64,000 bases of DNA from Trichosphaerium sp. ATCC 40318 (taxonomy: Eukaryota > Protista > Tubulinea), in NCBI GenBank assembly GCA_038496445.1, contig JALMLS010000488.1:248001-312000 (forward strand). Direction: 5' to 3'. Position 1 is the stretch's first letter; each line of letters opens with the position of its first letter. The translations under genes and the position numbers were made by a program. This document shows positions 1 to 10,965 of the stretch, piece by piece. The notes under the pieces are model-generated. The model was given only the letters and a program-made list of their open reading frames with translations. It searched no databases and was not told the origin of the DNA.

Positions 1-3000
1 ATTGAAAACTTTTTTTTTTCATATTGTTTCTGACTTCCTGTTTTAGCCCCTACAAGTATCAATAAAGGCGCTGGATTATGTGGAACTTATTCTTCTGAGA
101 TAAAGTTTGAACAAAAGAAGGCTATTGCTAGCTATCGCGCTACAGTATCCGTACGTAACATAGATTTTTTTAATTTCTTATTAAACATTGATCCTAATAA
201 AAGTCTTACATAGGTGTTTGCTTCTCAAGATGAGCACTTGAATCATAAAATTAGCAACGCAAAGGGAGTATATAGTGGTATGACACTTCGGAATGATAAG
301 GTACAATAGTATGATAGGGTGTCGTAAAGTCTTATTCTGTTTACTAGAAAGAAACAGGAAAGTTTGAAGCTGAAGTCACAAACGTTTCACCTAAAGTCCA
401 TGGATTCACGGTTGCCATTTTTTCAAAAGCTATGGTTGTAGCGTCTAAATTTAAGAAAGACAGATTATGGCACTTTGGTATTGCTGATATAATTCCTGTT
501 GTCTCACAGTACGCGTATATTTTCTCAGAACTTGTTTTACTTTTTTTTTTTGTGGTCAAAGTTTATTTCTTACACACGTGCTAGAAAAAATTCTTTGCCT
601 GCAAGATGTAACATTGGTTTACTGTGGGATGCATCTTTTAGCCAAGATAATTCTACGAACATTACGAAATATACAAATGTAATCAGAACTATTTTTTCAA
701 ATAGTTCTTTTCGTAGTTGCACAGTAGATGTTTATCTATTCCGAAATGAAATGGATACAACTGTTAGAACTTTCCAAGTATCTTCAGGATCATCTTCAAT
801 CATAACATACCTAAGAGACGTGTTCTATGATGGAGGTATGTTAAAACTCGATCATCAATTGTCAAGCTAACATTTTATGGATTTTTTAATTTTTTTTATT
901 GTTTTAACTGAACTGTTTTGTAGGTACCGATTTTGGCGCATTATCTGCTTTGCGTAGTAGAAAGGAAATGGGATCTCAGGGAACTGGTGATTATTCTTTT
1001 TACCTAATGTTTACGAACGGCATAAATTCTTTATCTAAAGAACCCTTAAAACGTGTTCAATGTCCTCTTCACATTATAAGTTGTGAGCCAAAAGCTGACT
1101 TTGATAATCTCAAAAAATGGGCAAAGCAAAGTGGCGGTTCATACACAAACTTACAAGTATGTCATTCTGTTCAAATAACAAGGTCATCTTTGTTTATTTC
1201 TTTTTAGAAGGAGAATCAATCTGCAATACCTGGAAAGCTTACAGCAGTGCCTCAGACTTCTTTTATGTATGCAGAGTACAATGAAAAGCATATTGATCCT
1301 AAAGAACTATGCCCAAAGTACGCAAACTATATTTTTTTTTTGAGTTTCGCAAGTGTGCTTCTTAACGGTTTTGTTAGTGTTGTAACTAAACTTGATAATT
1401 CTGGTGTGTTTATACTTGCAGGTAGAACTAAAACAACAACAGCTAAGAGCATAGATATTACACTAGGTACGGAAAAACGTGTTCCAAAACATAGTTACTA
1501 ACTCTGATTTTTTTGTAGTTTTTGGTACTGGTACAACAGTTACGTGCACTAGAAAGCATAAAGTAAATCTGACAGCGGAGCCAAATGCTACTTGTGATAA
1601 ACTTGTGGGAACGCTTTGGGCAAAGAAGAAGATAGATGCTCTTCAAGAGCTTGATGAAGCTGAACAAAAGGAGCACATTGAAACGTTTGCTTCTCTTGGT
1701 AGAGCATATGGAGTTATCTCAAAACATACATCGCTTATCGTGCTCGAAAACTTCGATCAGTATGTTAAGTATGACATTGAACCTCCAGAGGCGATGACAG
1801 GTACAACCATTCTCAAAAAACAAAACATCTTTTGCTTGTTGTTTTTTCTACAAATGTTTTTTTCTTTTATTAACTCTTGACTGTAGAGTGGCATGCAAGG
1901 TATATGGAAATTGCTAAGGAGAAAAAGAAGAAACAAAAAGGCATAGAGGAGCGTAAGATACAATATGTCCTTCAAATGTGGAACAGAAGGATAGGTACAC
2001 CAAAGAATTCCTCAATTCATTTTTTTCTTGTTTTTTTTTTGTATTTTTTTTCGACCTCTCTGACAATACATAGCTTGGTGGAACTCGGCGTATAGAGGTT
2101 CATATGGAACTACTCAATTCCTGGACTTTATTGATTACTACAAAGAATCTCTTGGTGACCCTGCAGCACAAAGTAGTGTTACTCTTAATGACTATGACTT
2201 TTCGAATACACAACAGATTTTCTCAATAAGCAAAACATCAACAACCGCAGAAACTAAAGCGCCAGGATTCGTTGATTTTGATTCATACCTTACTCTTGGT
2301 ACTTCTTGCTATTCTATAGAGGAAAAACCAGTCGTAGAGATTGTTGATTGGGCAAAGAATTTAAAATCAGATACCAACGGTATGTAATTATCTTATGTTC
2401 ATTTTAAGCTAACACTAAGTTATAGAAAGCCTCCGCGGGTACTTTTTTCAAGGAAACATGCGTACATATGCACCGCCTACTTCATTTGAGGAACAGAATG
2501 TGTATCAACAGCTAACGCTTACAAACGACCAGTATGGAACTTTACCAGGGCTTGATAGTTTAAAGTCTTATGATCAATCAATTAAAGAAATGGACGAAGA
2601 ATTGGTTGCATACATGCCGCCAAGACCTCCGCAGCAAGCACAAATGCAATCTTACTCCCAAAGGCCAATGGCGTACGCCCCACCGTCTCCAAGAATTAAT
2701 ACAAAAGATGGACTACTTTCTTACGGACAAATTCCAAATACAGGACTGAATAACTACAACAATTTGCCTCCAAAATTGCCTCCAGCAATGGGACCAGGAT
2801 ACATGCCACCACCTACAGGAGTGAGAGGATTGCCTGCACCACCTCCAGTATACATAGGAGGTGCACCTCCACCGCCTCCAGGAATGAGAGCACCAGGATA
2901 CGCAATGGGAGGTCCACCGCCACCGCCTCCAGGTTATGGATCACTGGGCAGAACGGCAGCACAGCATTCAGCATTTGGAGGACCTCCACCTCCACCTCCT

Positions 3001-6000
3001 CCAGCAGTGGGGGGACGACCTCCACCTCCTCCGGGCATGAGAGCACCACCGCCACCAGGGATGGGAGGACCTCCACCCCCACCACCTCCAGGAATGGCTG
3101 GACCACCTGCACCACCAACACCACAAAGAGCTACCGCATATGCTAGAAAACATCGAAAAAGAAGACAATCAAAACCCCAAGCTCTGCGCCGTACTGAAGT
3201 AGCAAAGCCTGTTAGTAGGTCCAGTCTACTCGGTTCGATTTCTTCGGGGAAGACACTTAAGAAAGTAGCGGTAGCTGAGAAAGCCAAACCTCAGGTAAGC
3301 ATCAGCACAATTTTGTACTTTTTTTTTTGGTGTTTTTCAAAGCTAGTTAAATTCTTTGTAGGCTTCAGAAGCATCAACATTGATGTTATCATTACTGAGT
3401 AGAAGAATGTCTGTTCTTGATGACTGTGACAACAGCAGTGATGATGATGACGATTGGGGCGAGTCGGAAAAGTCTGGAAAATTTGATTCAGCTGATTGGA
3501 GTATGCCTCTTGGCAAGATTACTCAAAGTACGTTAGGGCAATATTTCTTTTTTACATTATGTGGTATTAACTAATTAAATTAGGTATCACTCATAGTATT
3601 TCTTCGAAAAGGAGTGAGTAGTTTTAAGATGTTTACGAACTATAAATATTAACTGTGTTTTTTTAAAGGTCGAAAAATGCCATCAGCAAAAAAGGCTTCG
3701 CCTAGTATTCGCACTGGAAGTATAGGCGGACGTGCAGGTGGAGGTCGAGGTAGAGGTCGAGGTCGAGGAGGTCAAAGAGGACCAGGCCGAGGCGGAGGCG
3801 GTCGAAATGGAGGAGTTGGTAGTATAAACAGAAGGGTAAGTGTGCTTGAAAAATGTCTTTTTGATTTTTTGTTCACATTTGAGTAAGATATCGTCAACAA
3901 GAAAGGTGTCTGATAGACTAGGAAATTTAAGAGAGGGAAGAGAAAGAGTAAGTAGAGAAAGAGACAGAGACAGAGATAGACGAGACAGTAGCGATGGATT
4001 AAGACTTTTCCACAAGGAACGAGAACGTGAAATGGAAAAGATGCATGCTATGGAAGCAATGAAACGAGAACAGGAAATGCTAGAGAAAGAGCGATATGTT
4101 AAACAAGCAGAAGAGGAACGGCGGGTAAGAATGAAAGTGGAAGCAATGAAAGCCAAGGAAGAGGCAGAACACAAGAAACGTCATGCAGAAGAGATCATGA
4201 GAAAAAAAATGGAAATAGAGAGACGTATGCAAGAAGGAATGAAAATGAAGGTAGAACAAAAGGAAAGTCTCCGCTCGCGCTCTAGTTTATTTAAAAAGAA
4301 GAAGAAGGGTAAAGGAGGATATATCCCTATGACGCTTTCAAGGGCTAAACAAGAGAAAGCGAGAATAGCACCAACGAAAACAACGAAAAGACAAAGAAAA
4401 TTTTCTTTAGAGGAAGACAAAAAAGAAGAAAGAATACAGATCTACAAGGCTAGTATCTCTCAAAAAATACATGAAACAGAGAAAATTCGACATAGTAGGA
4501 ATATTGGCTACTTTGATGATAGTGATGATGATGAAGACGAATGCGAATCGTCTAGTTCGTCTAGTTCGTCTAGTTCGTCTAGTTTTTCAAGTACAGAATC
4601 ATCTATGTCGTCTTCTTCAGAATCTCGCAGTGGATCAAGCTGCTCTTCTATAAGTATAGAACAGGCAATTGCTGGTAACTATTTGGACATGTGCGTGTTG
4701 TGTCTTTTTTTTTTAATTTGTTTGGATTTGATTGTCTCTAACTGTTGGACTTTAGTGATGATATGCTTGTTGAAACAAACGAAAAGTTGAATTTACTTGT
4801 TAAGGAAGAGTAAGTTTCTTTTTTGGGTTTTTTCTTTCCCAGCTTTATTCTTATTGTTCTTTTAAGGGATACAAAGACTCACTGGAATGTCAAGTTTAAT
4901 AAAACACGTAATTCAAGCTCATGGGAAGAGATTAGTCGTACTGATCAGTCAATTGCTACAAAGAAAAGGGTACTCCAAATGCAATTGATCTCTAAGTACT
5001 TAACTGCATTAATGTAGGTGTATAAGTCTCTTAGATCCAAGTACCAGAAAGAGGCTGGTTTCTATATTGACGTTGCAACATCTGTTATGTCTAATGAATC
5101 ACATTATCAGTTTGCTGCTCAAGCTCTTTCTACTATTGCAGAGAAAGGCCTGGAAGATGCTCATGAGTTACGTATTATAGCAAGAATTCTTCTTGGGTTA
5201 AAGGCACGTTATTTTTTTGTTTTAAATGGGACTCTGTCTTATGTTTGGTAGGGTTATCTTGAGTATGCTATACGTGTGTACACAAAGATTTTATCTTTGA
5301 GACCTGAAGAACCCCAAAGTTACAGAGACCTTGCATTGGCGATAATGAAGCGAGTACGTATTTTTTTATAAAAAGACAGTTTTTGTTTCGTTTTTCTGAT
5401 GATTTGTAGCCTTCGAAGACAATTGATGACTATGAACAAGCTATGTCATTATTGAGTAAGATTTTGACAGGAGATTGGGATAAGAGATTTGCTCAAATCG
5501 AGTTGGTAGCATTAATGTACGAAGATATAATAATTTCTTTTTTTTTTCCTTATGTTTTTTATTCAGGGACGCGAATGCTATTATACAAGAAATACACTAC
5601 GAAAATCTTGTTGATAAAGTTCGTTTTGAGTGTGTTGATGCCCGTTTGATTAAACCTATGGATGTTGATATTCGTATTGTTTTACAATGGGTACGTTATT
5701 TATGTGGGAGCGTAAACTGTTCTGCTATTTTTTTCACTCATTTTTTTCTTAAAGCATCAAGATGATACTGATGTTGAACTTCACGTGACCGAACCTGATG
5801 GAACTGTTTGTAATGCTTTTAATAATAAGACTCAGAACGGAGGATTGCACTCAAGAGACTTTACAGGTACTTTACACAAGTGTAAAAAATACCTCAAACT
5901 CACTTCCGTTTTTTTTTTATTAGCTGGGTTTGGACCTGTTGAGTACCTTATTCATACCGCACAACCTGGTGACTATAAGATAAAAGCACGTGTGTTCCAT

Positions 6001-6153
6001 ACACAACACTCAAAATCTGCTACTGGAACACTTGTAACAATGACAGTTTACACAAACTTTGGTAGACCTAATGTTCAGATTTCAGAGCACTTTTCTAGAA
6101 TTTCTACTGTGAAAGATTTTATTGACATGGGTGTTGTTACATATAAACCTTAG
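1..6153 (+). CDS. Large multi-exon vWA/TPR/DUF2135 (YfaP-like) protein with an internal proline-rich WH2/VCA module and RGG, coiled-coil and Ser-rich segments; 5'-partial
   Basis: Exons join in frame. Motifs: IGLLWDASFS (MIDAS-like), VFYDGGTDF, HTSLIVLENFDQYVKYDIEPP, TPR-like ILSLRPEEPQSYRDLAL, and C-terminal DVDIRIVLQW-HQDDTDVELHVTEPDG...SRDFT-GFGPVEY typical of DUF2135. Stop TAG at 6151-6153. The start lies upstream of the window. Confidence 0.8.
4548..4583 (+). repeat. Coding 9-nt tandem repeat (TCGTCTAGT)x4 encoding poly-Ser
   Basis: Directly visible in the sequence. Confidence 0.8.
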
Positions 6154-6536
6154 TAATATAAACTACTTTTGTTTGTCGTATAATAATAAAGCAGAAAGTT
6201 TGGATAAAGAAGTATTCTTTTTTTTCTTCGCTAAAATGTTCTCACGTCGTTGTAAAATACCAGGTGGTATTTGTTGCTGTAGCTTTTAAGATTTATCAAT
6301 CAAACCGCCGATCGATAATGGTTCACTTAACTGTTTGAGAAAAAGAGCTATTACGCCGTCAGTTGTACTTTCAAGGCTATATTAACATTATGACGGCGTT
6401 CTAGTTTAAAGTGTCAACAATCACTAAACGCCAGGAACGCAGTTTTCAGAATTCAGAAACTTAACTTCTTTTTTGTATTACTTAGGTTCATATCTCAGTT
6501 ACAACCCCAAACAAACCCACAACTCTCACTAAAATA

Positions 6537-7107
6537 ATGACTTCTATCTGTGTTGAAGACGGCTGTGTTAAAGTTGAGTATGATGTACCAGCAAACCTCG
6601 ATGACAAGACAACATACTGTTGTAAAGTAAAGTTCACCAACAAGCTTCCAATTCCAATCACCGACTGCTTGGCTTATGTCGATGTTGATGAAGACTCTCC
6701 ATTCCACTCTGAGGTCATGACATGCGGTGGTTCTGGAGATCTCGATAAAGTTACCCTTGACTTTGGTCATATCCCTGCTGGAAAGTACGTTCTCAAAGCC
6801 TCACAAACAACCTTCAACATTGTTTCTTTTTTAATCAGTGAATAAATCTGGTCATTCAAGTCTGTTCTCAAATCAGCTCTTCTGATCCCACTCTACTCTA
6901 ATCTTTTTTGGGTATCTGCACTTTAATGTCAACTCACCGTTTTTTTTTAGAACCAAGAGCAGAGGATTCAAGTTCGCATTCCCAAAACTCGACAAGGACA
7001 TGCCAAAACAAAACTTCCATGGTATCTTCCAATTGGCTCCAAAGTTTGAAGTCGACTACTCCAAATGGGGTGGTGTTTCAAAGGAATCTGATGTCACTGC
7101 AAAGTAA
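6537..7107 (+). CDS. Two-exon ~134 aa hypothetical protein (beta-rich, possibly Ig-like); copy A
   Basis: Exon 1 6537-6785 (MTSICVEDG...HIPAG), GT-AG intron 6786-6950, exon 2 6951-7107 (TKSRGFKFAFPK...ESDVTAK*). Near-identical paralog at 28489-29060. Confidence 0.85.
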
Positions 7108-7733
7108 CAACTTAGAGTCGTATGTTATGATGTATCATCACAATAAAACCACAACTTCATCCATAAAAAAAGCCGTCAATTGACGTTGCATTCACCATTT
7201 GTTTATGTATCTTCTCGACTTTAGACATTCGTCTACATTTGATATAAACAGACTCTTGATAGTCAGTCCTATCTTTAGAAAATGTGCTGTAAAATAATAA
7301 TGAAGCCTGCTTTTTATGTTTTGTTTAAAAAATACATTTGTATTTAGTGTGCTAATGGCGGTACGTACCCTAATTCAAAGTGACTTTGACAAATTGTAAA
7401 GTTTGTGTAAAAACTGTGCCCCTGCTGCAAAAAAAGCAGTTTAGTAACATTCAAATTGTCGTCATTCATACAAGGAGTAGCTTTAATGCTGGAAGCAGCT
7501 TCCAAGTTTCGGCAATAGGGTATTGAAACCGGACTTGGCTACGCTTCGTTTGCCAATAAAGGCACGCGTGCACTAATCTCGCGTAAAACCACTTGTACAA
7601 TAAATAGCCATTCAAAAGTCGAAACTATTAAAGCCGTTTCTGCACAACTAGCAAAACTACTATTCTTGTATACAACAGACACTATATCTAACGCATGCAA
7701 ATTTTATTGTATGTAAGCAAATATGGCATAAGC

Positions 7734-9085
7734 TAGGGACGATTTTTGTAAGCAGTTCACACTTTCAAAAAAAGTTTAGCACACCTCAAAAACGTTATTT
7801 ATGTCCAATTTTTTGCTATACTTCAGAACACACATGTGTCTATAATTGATATAAACCAGAACTTGCTGGTAATTAATAGTGTGCTTCAATCAACTATTTA
7901 TTGAAACTAAAACTGAGTTTTTTCTGCTTGGGATCATATTCTTCTCCTCTATCACCACCATGTTTCGCAGGTAATTCTTTTACAGCATAGTGAGTAAGGA
8001 ATACATTCTTTCGTTTAAGACATTTTTTATCACTTTCAGTGTACCACATAAAGCTATCGTCACCTGTCCCTATACCTGATTGATGTAAATTGGTCATTCT
8101 TTTGAACAATCATTCTAACCCACAGACACCTTTTTCACATCTTTCCTTTTGCTTGCAGTTGCTCAATAAATCATTGTGTACCTATGTGAAGTTATAGCGT
8201 ATTTGATAATTTAGGTATCAAAACACAGAGGTTTCTTTTTCAAAGAAGTTGATGAACATAATATTTAAATGAAAATGTCAAAAAACTCACTCTTGCTCGG
8301 GTACTTTATTGCATCAGATAGCCATAAAGCTTGCTGTATATGTATTTTACCACTATAGGAGTTTTAGATACAGATCTTAGTTTTTACATGGAGATACTGC
8401 AAGATTTTCCAAAACCACGTTCAAAGAAACTGTGTCACTACACTCCATCAACTATTGCTATAAATTACACTGTGCAATACCACATATGTTGACTATCACT
8501 ATGAAAAGTGTGGGATGGTCAATTAGCTCTTGAGGTATTTAAATCCAAAAATCGCTAATGGTCCACTAGTACAGAATATTGGAATTTATCAATTACACAA
8601 GGCTCGACAAGCTTAAAACTAATGTAAATACATTAAAAATAGTGTTAGACAACACTTCAGTAATTTAAACGCTTGTCAAAGCTTGTGTAATTGCTAATTT
8701 TGGGAACTCGCTTTTTCTTTATTCTTTACACCACAAACTAACGTTTTCAGCGTTTCTAGCGCAATAAACGTCGTTTAAAGGTACTTTGTATACACTTGTT
8801 CATATTTTGGTACCATAATCCTTGTTTTAGACTATAACGCTTCTATTGCTGTTCAAGCACCGTTTATAACTGATACTGGCTTGATTAATGTGTTTGTGAG
8901 CAGTGAAGCTCAGTTGACGCTTTTTTAGTTAAGTCTTAAAAAAAAACGCCAAAAAACAAGTAAAAAAGTAAATAATTTATTCCACATTTAGAACGTAACA
9001 ATAGAGCCATTCATTCCAAAGGTACATTCACACAGGATAAAGCATTGATATGAGAGGTGTGAACCGCTTACAAAAATCGTCCCTA
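7734..9085. mobile_element. Putative non-autonomous DNA transposon with ~29-bp terminal inverted repeats
   Basis: Left TAGGGACGATTTTTGTAAGCAGTTCACAC (7734-7762); right GTGTGAACCGCTTACAAAAATCGTCCCTA (9057-9085), one mismatch. It lies in sequence absent from the other duplication arm. Confidence 0.75.
7894..8181 (-). pseudogene. Terminal-exon-like gene fragment inside the TIR element, with an in-frame TGA
   Basis: After an AG acceptor the frame reads VHNDLLSNCKQKERCEKGVCGLE*LFKRMTNLHQSGIG...FSFNK*. TGA at 8110-8112. Confidence 0.35.
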
Positions 9086-9335
9086 TAACACCAATTCCGT
9101 ATTTGCTCCAAAACACTCGTCCTAATTTGGACAAACAAAAAACCTTAAAATCTTACCTTCAAACGCGAGTCACAACTCCTCTCTTTTGATACTTTTAATA
9201 AGGTACAAACACTTTTACATTGCACTTAGTTCCTGTGCGCTAAGGCAATTAGTAAACCCATTTTTTATCCTTGACTTCTTTTTTAGGCTTAACTGGTACA
9301 CTCAAGTCGTTTTTAACTTTTTCCTCACATCAAAC

Positions 9336-10748
9336 ATGCAATACTCTGGCGCAGAGTATTATTTATCGGGGCTCACTGCACTACCAATAGAAACAATAGT
9401 TCATATCTTGAAATGCGGGACCTTTACTTTACGTTCAGCACAAACATGCCATCTTATGCATGATATCGTACATAACCACGTTGGATACAAAGAAATATGT
9501 GTCTCAAACGAAAATCAATTGCCGATACTTTCTGGGAGCCCGTTACTTCAGAACACACGCATATCACTCGCTGGTATTTGTAGTACTGCCAACGATAGCC
9601 ATTTGGACTTACTTGCAGGAGTACACACTATAGACTTGAGCGGCTGTTTAGGAGTAACGCACAAAGGCATCAGTGCATTGATAGGTGTCCACGAGATTGA
9701 TTTATCTCGAACAAATGTGAGAGACTCAAGTTTAAAGGCATTATCTGGCGTACATACTATCAACTTGAGTCGTTGTAATCAAATAACGAGTGAAGGTATC
9801 AAATCATTGGCAGGTGTGCACACTCTTTACTTGACAAGTTGCGAATGCCCTTTAATAGACGAAGGCATCAAAGCACTGTCAGGTGTACACACTATCGACT
9901 TGTGGTGTACTAAAATAACAGATGAAGGCTTAAAACCTTTGGCTGGTGTGCAAGCAATATACTTGTCCAGATGTTACTCGATTACAGATGAGGGTGTACA
10001 AGCATTGGCTGGCGTACAAGAAATTGATCTGTCACACACAAAAGTGACAGACGCAGGGCTAAAGGCGCTGGCAGGAGTTCAAAATGCTGGTTTGGTGGAT
10101 TGCAAAAACATTTCTGATGAAGGTATCAAAGCCTTAGCTGGCGTACACCAAATCAACCTCAGCGGATGTGTAAACGTACATGACGAAGGTATCAAAGCTT
10201 TATCTGGTGTACACACAATCAGTTTGGAGCATTGTAGACAAATAACAGACGAGGGTATCATGGCGTTAGCCGGTGTACATGAAATTAATTTATCTTACAC
10301 CAACATACGCAATGAAGGCCTCAAAGCATTGTCAGGTGTACACACAATCTACTTGAGCAAGTGTGGAGACATATCAGACCTCGGTATAATGGCATTGGGT
10401 GGTGTACATACGATCAATTTATCGTTCACATCTGTGAGCGATTATGGCATTAAAGCGTTGTCTGGTGTACACAATATCACCTTGACATGTTGCAGTAGAA
10501 TAACAGATGAAGGCATCAAGGCGTTGGCTGGCGTACATGACATCAGAGTCGCGTTCACAAAGGTGAGCGATTCAGGTATTAAAGCGTTGTCAAGTGTACA
10601 CACGATCGATGTACAAGGTTGTTCTGGAGTAACAGATGAAGGTATTAAAGCTTTGGTGTGTTTACGTCATATTCATCACAATATGAATACTGGTCTCAGT
10701 GAAGAATACATAAAGATCCTACGCAAGCGCGGTGTACGTGTATCTTAA
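9336..10748 (+). CDS. Intronless F-box-like/leucine-rich repeat protein (470 aa); copy A
   Basis: N-terminal LTALPIETIVHIL (F-box-like), then ~17 repeats of 21-22 aa (LAGVHTINLSxC/T..ITDEGIKA). ATG at 9336 gives the same length as the paralog at 26670-28082. Confidence 0.9.
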   Translation: MQYSGAEYYLSGLTALPIETIVHILKCGTFTLRSAQTCHLMHDIVHNHVGYKEICVSNENQLPILSGSPLLQNTRISLAGICSTANDSHLDLLAGVHTIDLSGCLGVTHKGISALIGVHEIDLSRTNVRDSSLKALSGVHTINLSRCNQITSEGIKSLAGVHTLYLTSCECPLIDEGIKALSGVHTIDLWCTKITDEGLKPLAGVQAIYLSRCYSITDEGVQALAGVQEIDLSHTKVTDAGLKALAGVQNAGLVDCKNISDEGIKALAGVHQINLSGCVNVHDEGIKALSGVHTISLEHCRQITDEGIMALAGVHEINLSYTNIRNEGLKALSGVHTIYLSKCGDISDLGIMALGGVHTINLSFTSVSDYGIKALSGVHNITLTCCSRITDEGIKALAGVHDIRVAFTKVSDSGIKALSSVHTIDVQGCSGVTDEGIKALVCLRHIHHNMNTGLSEEYIKILRKRGVRVS

Positions 10749-10965
10749 ATAAAAATCGAATTATTTACAACATCAAATTACCTTTTTGTGGAGGAGTTTA
10801 AGCTCTTTTGTCTGTACACATGATATCCTAAAAAATTGTTGAGTTATTGAAACAGTACAGTAAGTCTAGAGAGAAGCCAAACTATGACTGAAAAACCTTG
10901 TTAAGTCTCCCTACAGGTATTAATAATAACTTGGCTTAAATGGTTTCAAATAATTGTTAAATTCA

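Larger units (their letters stand above)
6300..10755 (+). repeat. Left arm of an inverted segmental duplication; shared blocks ~6300-7185 and ~9265-10755
   Basis: Blocks match the reverse complement of ~28405-29290 and ~26660-28145. Confidence 0.9.

Noticed and set aside
2458-3402. Formin (FH1-like polyproline)
   Set aside because: No FH2 domain follows; the downstream motif is WH2-central-acidic.
2813-4420. Minus-strand Gly-rich and Ser-rich ORFs
   Set aside because: Antisense shadows of the low-complexity plus-strand exons.
9186-9335. 50-aa N-terminal extension of the LRR ORF in the track
   Set aside because: It starts at TTG; the paralog supports ATG 9336.
9600-10660. Regularly spaced DNA repeats resembling a CRISPR or satellite array
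   Set aside because: They are degenerate 63-66 nt LRR-coding units in an open frame, and no cas genes are present.
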